Assembly (NCBI GenBank): GCA_025059805.1 | Contig: JANXDG010000030.1 | Coordinates: 10,646-74,645, forward strand | Origin: Endomicrobiia bacterium | GTDB taxonomy: Bacteria; Elusimicrobiota; Endomicrobiia; DTEH01 | DNA: 64,000 nt | Direction of reading: 5' to 3' | Shown: positions 28,731 to 36,308 of the stretch, in pieces | How the letters are laid out: each line of letters opens with the position of its first letter | How positions within the stretch are numbered: position 1 is the stretch's first letter | Translations under genes and position numbers: made by a program | The notes under the pieces: generated by a model | What the model saw: the letters and a program-made list of their open reading frames with translations, nothing else | Databases searched by the model: none | Told to the model about the DNA's origin: nothing

Positions 28731-29570
28731 TTAATGATTTCTATTTAAAAATTTTCTAACCAAATCAAACATAAACTTTTCGTCAGCTTTCACACCTGTC
28801 CATAAGAAAAAAGATTCCACAGCTTGATATACAAACATTGGTACACCGTCAAAAACATGTTTGCAACCTATCTGTTTTGCATGTTTAACAAGCTCTGTCT
28901 CTCTGTTATACACTACATCATAGACAATGTGTTCTTTAGTTATGAGATCTAATCTTAAAGGTGAAAGGTCATTTTCTTTCATTCCAAGTGGTGTAGCATT
29001 CACTAACATTTTTACATCAGGTATAGTTGTATCAATTTGTTCTTCTTTGAGTAAAACAATAAAATCTTCAAATTGTTTTTTTATTAATAACATCTTGTTT
29101 TTGTCAATGTCATATACATATACTTTTTTTACACCTAACTCTTGTAATCCACAGACAATTGCTCTGCTAACACCGCCACACCCAATTACTAAAACATCCT
29201 CACCTTTCAAAGTAACCTCAGAAAGTGAATGTGTAAACCCATAAATGTCAGTATTGTAACCAATAAGTTCGCCACCTTTATTTACTACGGTATTAACAGC
29301 ACCAATGTGTTTCGCAAGTTTATCTACTTTGTGTAAATAAGAAATAACTTTCTCTTTATACGGTATGGTGATATTTAAACCTTCTATATTTAACGTTAAC
29401 ACAACTTCTTTAAAATATTTAAAGTTTTCAGGTAAAATTTCAAATGCTAAATATACAAAGTTAAGTCCGTATTTTTGTGCAAGTGATGTATGCAACATAG
29501 GAGAAAAAGAATGTTTAACAGGATATCCTATTATACCTAATAACCCTGTCTCAGAATTCACTAAGTTCAT
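28731..29570 (-). CDS. aroE: Shikimate dehydrogenase
   Basis: LLGIIGYPVKHSFSPMLH N-terminal substrate motif and GCGGVSRAI NADP motif; 279 aa. Confidence 0.85.
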   Translation of the reverse strand: MNLVNSETGLLGIIGYPVKHSFSPMLHTSLAQKYGLNFVYLAFEILPENFKYFKEVVLTLNIEGLNITIPYKEKVISYLHKVDKLAKHIGAVNTVVNKGGELIGYNTDIYGFTHSLSEVTLKGEDVLVIGCGGVSRAIVCGLQELGVKKVYVYDIDKNKMLLIKKQFEDFIVLLKEEQIDTTIPDVKMLVNATPLGMKENDLSPLRLDLITKEHIVYDVVYNRETELVKHAKQIGCKHVFDGVPMFVYQAVESFFLWTGVKADEKFMFDLVRKFLNRNH

Positions 29571-30037
29571 TCTTTTAAACCTCCAAAACGTATATCTATC
29601 ATTGAAAGATATCTCTCTACTTCCTTACGTTTTGATTCATCTATACTTAATACCTTATGAAAAAAAATTCTTGCCTGTCGGTACTTCCCAGCAGCAAAGT
29701 AAACCTTGCCTAGTAACATCAACACCTCTGAATTCTTCGGTTGTTTATTTAATATTTCAAAACACAATTTTTCTGCCGTTGTAAAATTCCTAGAATAATA
29801 ATTTTTATATGCGACATAGGTAAGATCACGGTTGACAGCTTTTCTAATCTCCACACCTATAGAAACTATTCCTGTTAGAATTAAAAACAATCCTATCTTT
29901 TTCCCATGCAAAATTATTATTCGTTCGTTGAACAAAAATTTTTTAATAGATTCGCATATTTTTATTAGAAGACTAATTTTATAAATATAAAGTAAACCAA
30001 CAACTATAAAAATTATTCCGATAAAAATTGATATCAT
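29567..30037 (-). CDS. Membrane-anchored TPR-repeat protein
   Basis: Two N-terminal TM helices then TPR-like repeats (LGKVYFAAGKYRQARIFFHKVLSID). Confidence 0.5.
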   Translation of the reverse strand: MISIFIGIIFIVVGLLYIYKISLLIKICESIKKFLFNERIIILHGKKIGLFLILTGIVSIGVEIRKAVNRDLTYVAYKNYYSRNFTTAEKLCFEILNKQPKNSEVLMLLGKVYFAAGKYRQARIFFHKVLSIDESKRKEVERYLSMIDIRFGGLKE

Positions 30038-30043
30038 TATTTC

Positions 30044-30250
30044 TTACTTATTATTTATTTCGATCTTTACCACATTTATTTTTTTATCTACGCCTTTCAA
30101 TGTTTTAACTAAAGCTATTATTACTTGTACAAACACTTTCTTCACATATGTGTTTAATGCAATTTTTTTGTAGTTAACTTCAAGAGTTATGTTCATTTTT
30201 CCTCCAAAAAGTGAAAATTCATGTATATATACATCAAAGAATCTTATCAC
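30044..30250 (-). CDS. Hypothetical small protein (68 aa)
   Basis: ORF only, with a 4-nt overlap with the upstream ZIP gene that suggests translational coupling. No recognisable motif. Confidence 0.25.
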   Translation of the reverse strand: MIRFFDVYIHEFSLFGGKMNITLEVNYKKIALNTYVKKVFVQVIIALVKTLKGVDKKINVVKIEINNK

Positions 30251-30966
30251 AAAATACTCATAAATCCTATACCTAATAAAAATATAACCAAGGAAATTAA
30301 CGATCTCGTTAAATTTCTTTCTCTGTGCAATTCAGGTATTAGATCACAACATGACACATAAATAAACCCGCCTGCAACTAACGGAAGTAAATATAGTGAC
30401 AAAGTATGTATTCTGTCCGACATAACATATCCTAAAATAGCACCAATAACTGATGCTAACCCTGATAAAAAGTTGTATAAAATTGCTTTTTTTACACTTA
30501 ATCCGCTATAAAGCAAAATACCAAAATCTCCCAACTCCTGCGGTATTTCATGCAGTATTACAGCAATTGTTGAAACAATGCCAATTTTAACATCTATAAA
30601 AAAACTAGCCCCGATAAACATACCGTCTATAAAATTGTGTATCGTATCTCCAAGAATATTTAAATAACTTACAGGATGTAACTCACAGTTTTCACCCTTA
30701 TGACAATGTCGCCAGTATAGATATTTTTCTAATATAAAAAAAACGATGAAACCTAAAACAACATAATAAAAGGTAACTTCACTTTTTTCAACTATCTCAG
30801 GAAGAATATGCAAAAATGATGCCCCAATCAAAGTTCCTGCTGCAAAACTTATTAGAATAAAAATTATATTTTCTACGACAGATGTTGTAAATAACAAACT
30901 TATTGCTCCAATAAGAGATAATAAACTTACAATAATACTTGCAATTAAAGTATAAAAAAACTTCAT
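30247..30966 (-). CDS. ZIP-family metal (Zn/Fe) transporter
   Basis: Eight-TM topology with the HNFIDGMFIGASF and HEIPQELGDFGILL signature motifs. Confidence 0.8.
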   Translation of the reverse strand: MKFFYTLIASIIVSLLSLIGAISLLFTTSVVENIIFILISFAAGTLIGASFLHILPEIVEKSEVTFYYVVLGFIVFFILEKYLYWRHCHKGENCELHPVSYLNILGDTIHNFIDGMFIGASFFIDVKIGIVSTIAVILHEIPQELGDFGILLYSGLSVKKAILYNFLSGLASVIGAILGYVMSDRIHTLSLYLLPLVAGGFIYVSCCDLIPELHRERNLTRSLISLVIFLLGIGFMSIL

Positions 30967-31544
30967 GTTCTTGCTCCTATTGAAACTATATATATTGGTT
31001 CAGTATCTTCTGGTAACTTAAGGAGATGTTTCACATCCTTGTCTACAAACGCACCAATGCACACGCTATCCAAACCTAAACTAATAGCTTGTAAACAAAT
31101 GTTTTGAGCACAGTGTCCCGCTTCCATATATACATAACGATAGCCACGACTCCCATAATACATCACTGTACGTTCATACACAGCGCAGATAACAATACTG
31201 ATAGCAGCTTCTGCAATAAATTTTTGACCTAAAGCACAATTGACAAGTTCTCTCCTAAAATCTCCTTCCGTTATTCTTTTTACTGAATGTTCTTCAGGAA
31301 AATAATGATAAATACCTGTTTTATCTAAGTAATATATTTCAAGTGGATATGTTGCACCTGCGGATGGTACAGTTTTAAACATATTTTTATCATCTGTAAC
31401 ACCGTATGCTGACCATAAAAGTTGAGATATCTGTATATCTGTCGGCTGAAAATCCCTAAATTTTCTAATTGATCTCCGTTTCGATATTACTTCTTCAACA
31501 GAAATTTTGCCTTTGTAATTTGGCACAGGAAGTTTGTATCTCAC
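30963..31544 (-). CDS. SagB/ThcOx-type dehydrogenase domain protein (nitroreductase superfamily), stand-alone
   Basis: RRSIRKF, PSAGATYPLEIY and the overall SagB-type dehydrogenase domain pattern (by eye, about 190 aa). No cyclodehydratase lies nearby. Confidence 0.65.
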   Translation of the reverse strand: MRYKLPVPNYKGKISVEEVISKRRSIRKFRDFQPTDIQISQLLWSAYGVTDDKNMFKTVPSAGATYPLEIYYLDKTGIYHYFPEEHSVKRITEGDFRRELVNCALGQKFIAEAAISIVICAVYERTVMYYGSRGYRYVYMEAGHCAQNICLQAISLGLDSVCIGAFVDKDVKHLLKLPEDTEPIYIVSIGART

Positions 31545-31574
31545 ATTTTTAACCTAATAGAAATCAACTTATTT

Positions 31575-32147
31575 CTATACATACAAGGAAACAAAAAATA
31601 AACCAAAAACAGATAATAGAAACAAAACCATTATCATAAATGGTATAACAAGAATAAAAAACATTTGTATTATAGAAAAATCAAGCTCTGCCTTTGTGTA
31701 TTTTAAAACATTAAACAGAATTATAATTGATATCGTCAATTCTATATAGAAATAATATCTTGTCAAATTCAAATAGTAACAAATAAAACTGACTGGCAAC
31801 AACAGAATGTATAACGAAAAAAAGTTTAAAATTATACATAGCAAGTGTTTATAATCATAACTTTTCTTTTTCAATGAACGCACTAAGAATACCGAACCTA
31901 TATAAATTCCAATAATCAACATAAAAAATATTAAATAATACGGAAATAAAACTATAAAGAAAAAAATATCTTTCGCAAGAACAATATTCCGCGAAATTGT
32001 TAATGATAGTATTGATAGTAAGAAAATTAGAAAACTATTTCGTAATGAAAATTTTAACTGTAAGATTTCTCCTTTCGGAAAAATAAAATTTAACATATAG
32101 TTATCTATCAAATCTGAAACTGTCATAACAGTATAAACAAAACTCAA
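31575..32147 (-). CDS. Hypothetical polytopic membrane protein
   Basis: 190 aa with about five hydrophobic helices and no recognised motif. Confidence 0.45.
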   Translation of the reverse strand: MSFVYTVMTVSDLIDNYMLNFIFPKGEILQLKFSLRNSFLIFLLSILSLTISRNIVLAKDIFFFIVLFPYYLIFFMLIIGIYIGSVFLVRSLKKKSYDYKHLLCIILNFFSLYILLLPVSFICYYLNLTRYYFYIELTISIIILFNVLKYTKAELDFSIIQMFFILVIPFMIMVLFLLSVFGLFFVSLYV

Positions 32148-32153
32148 TCTTTC

Positions 32154-32594
32154 TTAAGAATTAATGATGATTGTAACAGGTCCGTCATTTACTATTGTTA
32201 CTATCATATGTGCACCAAATTTCCCAGTTTTAACTTTTTCTTTAGACATGTTAGAAATCATTTTGCTAACAAATTTATCATATAACTTTTGTGCTGTTTC
32301 AGCAGTAGCTGCAGAAGTAAAATCAGGCCTGTTACCTTTTGAACAATCACCATAAAGTGTAAACTCAGATACTATAAGTATTTCGCCATCTATATCAACA
32401 ACGGACCTATCCATTTTCTTTTTCTCATTTTCAAATATTCTAAGATTTAATATTTTTTTTACTAAATAATCAACATCTTCTTCTGTATCATCCTTGCCAA
32501 CAGCAAGAAAAATAACTATACCATTTGATATTTGATTTTTTGTATCATCATATTCAACACTTGCATAAGATACACGCTGTATTACTGCTTTCAT
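32154..32594 (-). CDS. dtd: D-aminoacyl-tRNA deacylase
   Basis: MKAVIQRVS start and the SEFTLYGD..KGNRPDF motif (SQFTL...KGxRPSF). Start refined to ATG at 32592-32594, directly after the sppA stop. Confidence 0.85.
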   Translation of the reverse strand: MKAVIQRVSYASVEYDDTKNQISNGIVIFLAVGKDDTEEDVDYLVKKILNLRIFENEKKKMDRSVVDIDGEILIVSEFTLYGDCSKGNRPDFTSAATAETAQKLYDKFVSKMISNMSKEKVKTGKFGAHMIVTIVNDGPVTIIINS

Positions 32595-32595
32595 A

Positions 32596-33516
32596 TCATT
32601 CAAGCATATATTCAAATGCAAATTTTTGTCGTATAAATTTTGTCATACCAGAAATTTTTTGTTGTCTTTCTTCCATTGCCTGCCGAAGTACATCTATAAA
32701 CGATGTTTTCTCACGTAAAATTTCAACTTCTTCTATCTTAGTAATCTTCTTGACCTCATCAATTGCAACATTTTCATCTCCTACACCATCAACCATCTTA
32801 AGTTCAAACGCTTTGTTTGCTATATATATTCCACCGTCAGCAAATTTTAAAATATCCTGTCTATCTAAATTTCTTCCTTTTTCAATAGCTGCAATGAATT
32901 GTTCATAAGCAGCATTAACTAAATCTTGAAACATCTTTTTTTCTTCTGGCAACATATCACGAAACGGTGAACCCATATCTTTGTATTTTGACGATTTTAT
33001 TATTTCTACATTAACACCGATTTTTTTTAATAATCCATTAATATTACCCACCTGTAAAAGTACTCCTATAGAACCTACAACACTGCCTTCCGCACAGATT
33101 ATTTTGTCACACGCTACTGCAACATAATACCCACCTGAAGCACATAATTCTGGCACATAACATACTATTGGTTTCTTATACTGTTGTTTCATTTTTATAA
33201 TTTGATTATACAACCGTTGTACTGCGGCAACTGATCCACCTGGCGAGTTAATCTTTAAAACTATACCTTTTACATCACTACGTTGAAATAATGAACTAAG
33301 TTTTTCTACATAATACTCAACATCTTTTTTTAGCATCGCACGTGGAACATCAGCATAAAAAATCTCTCCCCTTAAATCAATTATTGCAATTTTATCCTTT
33401 TTATGTTTAATTGGCATTTTCCCAATATCAATCCTTCTTTGGATTATAATGGCAAAACCCAGAATTACGCTAATAATGAACAATATCATAATTATAATGT
33501 TAACATTATTTTTCAT
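32596..33516 (-). CDS. sppA: Signal peptide peptidase SppA (36K type)
   Basis: N-terminal TM anchor followed by a ClpP/crotonase-fold S49 peptidase domain (VCYVPELCASGGYYVAVACDKIIC, GSIGV). Confidence 0.85.
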   Translation of the reverse strand: MKNNVNIIIMILFIISVILGFAIIIQRRIDIGKMPIKHKKDKIAIIDLRGEIFYADVPRAMLKKDVEYYVEKLSSLFQRSDVKGIVLKINSPGGSVAAVQRLYNQIIKMKQQYKKPIVCYVPELCASGGYYVAVACDKIICAEGSVVGSIGVLLQVGNINGLLKKIGVNVEIIKSSKYKDMGSPFRDMLPEEKKMFQDLVNAAYEQFIAAIEKGRNLDRQDILKFADGGIYIANKAFELKMVDGVGDENVAIDEVKKITKIEEVEILREKTSFIDVLRQAMEERQQKISGMTKFIRQKFAFEYMLE

Positions 33517-34034
33517 TTTTCTTTAACCTCAAACAGTTTTGAATATATTTCTTTACTTGGTAACCAAATATCATTAACATAATCTAAACCATACTTTTCT
33601 GCAAGTTTTGTCCAACTACGCAGTTTTTTATAATCTCTAACCAAATCTTTTAATAACGGATTTTTATCAGATTTGTGTTTAATAATAAAAAGTTTTATTA
33701 TTTCTGATTTACCAAATCCAGAAACTATTTTTTTAATATCTGCTAGTTTCAAAACACCGCTGGTTTCTAAGACAACATATTTATTTTCTTCTGTAGCACT
33801 TGATGATGGTACATTGTATTCGCTCATATTAATGTTATAAAATGCAGAACTATACTTTATTGAATAGAAATATTCTAAAATTTGTTTTAGTGTGGAGTCA
33901 TCTATGAGTTCAACTTGATAAGTTGTTGAAACAGAAATATCATATGGAGAAAAACCTATTCCAAATTCTACTGCCTGTGATAGTAAAAATTGGCAGTAAA
34001 ATATAAAGAACAAAAAAAATAATTTTTTATTCAT
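33513..34034 (-). CDS. Hypothetical secreted protein with possible C-terminal helix-hairpin-helix (ComEA-like?) segment
   Basis: Signal peptide present. The C-terminal LADIKKIVSGFGKSEIIKLFI weakly fits the HhH pattern LxxhxGhGxxxAxxIh. The HhH call is speculative. Confidence 0.4.
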   Translation of the reverse strand: MNKKLFFLFFIFYCQFLLSQAVEFGIGFSPYDISVSTTYQVELIDDSTLKQILEYFYSIKYSSAFYNINMSEYNVPSSSATEENKYVVLETSGVLKLADIKKIVSGFGKSEIIKLFIIKHKSDKNPLLKDLVRDYKKLRSWTKLAEKYGLDYVNDIWLPSKEIYSKLFEVKEK

Positions 34035-34557
34035 TCAGTAGATCCATAAAAGTTTTGATATCATTTTCAGCAGATTTTATAACTAAAGAAGCAAGATAAA
34101 TAATTAACGAGAATTGCCAGATGTCAGGTAAAGACAATATCAATCCCGTATCAATATCTTCTTTACGCTGAAATAACTCTTGATATTCTTTAATTACATC
34201 TTCCAAGGGTTTATCAACCACCTCTAATTTTATTTCAGAATTAGAATATCTCATTGATGGCAATTGCACACCACGTATTAACAAAAATGATTTTACAATT
34301 TCGTCACTATACTCGGTTGTTTCTTTAAATTTAAAATTATGTAATTCAAACTTACTATATGGCAGATGTATTATTGCAGGAGAAACTTCAACTGTCCCTT
34401 CTCTAATTACAGTACTACCTTTGTTAACTAAGGATTTGTTCACTAAAACATATGGAACAACAGTTTTTTTGAAAGTTTCAAGTTTGGAATACCGGCTCCT
34501 TATAATTTTCGTATTCTTAATTGCTTCTTCCCATTTTTTGTTAAGATCAATCTTCAT
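34027..34557 (-). CDS. Hypothetical protein
   Basis: 176-aa ORF, translationally coupled to both neighbours. No motif recognised. Confidence 0.4.
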   Translation of the reverse strand: MKIDLNKKWEEAIKNTKIIRSRYSKLETFKKTVVPYVLVNKSLVNKGSTVIREGTVEVSPAIIHLPYSKFELHNFKFKETTEYSDEIVKSFLLIRGVQLPSMRYSNSEIKLEVVDKPLEDVIKEYQELFQRKEDIDTGLILSLPDIWQFSLIIYLASLVIKSAENDIKTFMDLLNE

Positions 34558-35009
34558 AGTTTTATTTTACCTTCATAAATATCTATTGCAGTTTTAGCAT
34601 CCTGAACTTTAATAACACCTTCAATATCCCAAGTTTTTATACCAAAGACAGGTTTGTCTATAACCTTAGCAAGCGCTATCTCTGACAAAGTACCATATTC
34701 ACCATCAATCGCTATCACACAACATGCAGACCGTACAATTATTGCATTTCTTGCATGTGACATAGCTGTAATTATAGGGATATCAACATACGGATTAGCC
34801 TCAGCTGTATCTTTACCTGGAAGAATCCCAACTACTAATCCACCAACACTTTTTGCACCTTTAGCTGCTTCTTCCATCACACCTCCCATACCACCACATA
34901 CTAAAACATATCCACGCAAGGCTATTTCTTTTCCTGTTTGAAAAGCAATCTCTCTAACCTCCTCTGAATTTATCACCGAGCCACCAATAACTGCAATAAG
35001 TTTTTTCAT
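34554..35009 (-). CDS. TIGR00725-family Rossmann-fold protein (LOG/SLOG-like, lysine-decarboxylase-like family)
   Basis: 151 aa; VIGGS....GGMGGVMEEAAKGA...GILPG and later AIDGEYGTLSE resemble LOG-family PGGxGTxxE-type motifs. Confidence 0.6.
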   Translation of the reverse strand: MKKLIAVIGGSVINSEEVREIAFQTGKEIALRGYVLVCGGMGGVMEEAAKGAKSVGGLVVGILPGKDTAEANPYVDIPIITAMSHARNAIIVRSACCVIAIDGEYGTLSEIALAKVIDKPVFGIKTWDIEGVIKVQDAKTAIDIYEGKIKL

Positions 35010-35065
35010 ATCAAGATGTTTTTCCTTTTTGTTACTTTTCTTTTTTCCTTAAAAAGAAAATTAAC

Positions 35066-35139
35066 TGCGCCCGGGCAGACTCGAACTGCCAACCTGCTGG
35101 TTCGTAGCCAGACGCTCTATCCAATTGAGCTACGGGCGC
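35066..35139 (-). tRNA. tRNA-Arg (anticodon ACG)
   Basis: Minus-strand sequence GCGCCCGTAGCTCAATTGGATAGAGCGTCTGGCTACGAACCAGCAGGTTGGCAGTTCGAGTCTGCCCGGGCGCA folds as a cloverleaf. The 7-bp acceptor stem is GCGCCCG/CGGGCGC, the anticodon loop CTACGAA gives anticodon ACG, and there is a TPsiC loop GTTCGAG. No encoded CCA. Confidence 0.88.
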
Positions 35140-35465
35140 ATATAAAATATGACACCTTCTTTTTTTAACAGTTCAAGTTTTCTATTTAAACCTTTAGAAT
35201 ACCCACCTAATTCACCAGAAGATTTAACCACTCTGTGACACGGTATAACTACGGTTAACGGATTATTCTTAAGCGCTTTTCCTACAGCACGATATGCATT
35301 GCTACAACCAATCTTTTTAGCTACCCATTTGTATGTTCTAACTTCGCCTTTAGGAATACTTAACACTGCTAACCATACTTTTTTATAAAATTTTGGATAA
35401 TTTTTAATCTTGTCAAAATTATCTCTGCCAAGAAGTTCCCTAAGTTTTTTATCAATTTTATCCAT
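35130..35465 (-). CDS. Methylated-DNA--protein-cysteine methyltransferase, catalytic-domain-only form (MGMT/Ogt family)
   Basis: 111 aa with the PCHRVV active-site motif and NPLTVVIPCHRVVKSSGELGGY. The last three codons and stop (ATG CGC CCG TAG) lie inside the tRNA-Arg 5' end. Confidence 0.78.
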   Translation of the reverse strand: MDKIDKKLRELLGRDNFDKIKNYPKFYKKVWLAVLSIPKGEVRTYKWVAKKIGCSNAYRAVGKALKNNPLTVVIPCHRVVKSSGELGGYSKGLNRKLELLKKEGVIFYMRP

Positions 35466-36216
35466 CCACTAACACTGTTCCTTCGCTTTCTAAACTATTA
35501 GTAATAACAACTTTTTTAACACCAGAAACAAACATTTTTTTTACTGCGTTGAGTTTTGGAATCATACCTTCAGTTACAACTTTCTCTTTTATTAACTTAT
35601 TTATATCTTTTATATACAATTTCTTAATTAGTTCACCATTTTTATTTAAAACTCCCGGTTTGTCAGTAACTAAAACAACTTTGTCAAATTTTAGTCTGCT
35701 TGTTGCTAACGCATATACCACAGTGTCAGCGTTAATATTAGCCATTACCAAAGGACTGTTTTTCCTTTTAATACCAAGACCTACGGTAGCAACTAACACT
35801 AAATAGCCCTTTCTTAAAAGGTTGTCTATCAACTCAGTATCAACATAAACTACATCTTTACCAACAAAACCAAGTCTTTTATCAATTGTAGTAAGTAGCA
35901 ACTTACTATCTAAACAAGATATACCCACAACATTTTTAATACCAAGATTTACAAAATTTAAAACAAGTTGTTTATTTATAAGACCACAAAGTATACCTGT
36001 TACTACTTCTAATGTTTTCTCGTCAGTAACTCTTAATCCATCAATAAATTTAGGTTTCAGTCCAAGTTGTTGCATCCATCGTGATATTTGTATTCCACCA
36101 CCATGTATTACAACAACTTCATCTTGTTGCAAAACTTTTATTACTTGTAAAAGAAACTTATTTAACTCTGCTTTATTATCCAATATCTTTCCACTAAGTT
36201 TTATTAACCATCTCAT
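35458..36216 (-). CDS. argB: Acetylglutamate kinase (amino-acid kinase family)
   Basis: LIKLSGK...VVVIHGGGIQI...FIDGLRVTD matches ArgB. The ORF-track start at 36234 is TTG, so the start is refined to ATG at 36214-36216 (MRWLIKL). Confidence 0.75.
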   Translation of the reverse strand: MRWLIKLSGKILDNKAELNKFLLQVIKVLQQDEVVVIHGGGIQISRWMQQLGLKPKFIDGLRVTDEKTLEVVTGILCGLINKQLVLNFVNLGIKNVVGISCLDSKLLLTTIDKRLGFVGKDVVYVDTELIDNLLRKGYLVLVATVGLGIKRKNSPLVMANINADTVVYALATSRLKFDKVVLVTDKPGVLNKNGELIKKLYIKDINKLIKEKVVTEGMIPKLNAVKKMFVSGVKKVVITNSLESEGTVLVDG

Positions 36217-36308
36217 ATAAAAAATATAATACAAAAATCACAAATCAATATCTACATCAGTCACTTTTTTTACAAAACAGTTTTCCGCCAGTAATAACTC
36301 ATGCATAA

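Noticed and set aside
29365-29784. Plus-strand 139-aa ORF spanning the aroE/TPR gene junction
   Set aside because: Overlaps two well-supported minus-strand genes and has no motif.
32525-32908. Plus-strand 127-aa ORF
   Set aside because: Antisense to the dtd/sppA junction.
35010-35065. Terminator downstream of tRNA-Arg
   Set aside because: Only a weak all-AT inverted repeat (CTTTTT/AAAAAG) is present. It is not convincing as an intrinsic terminator.
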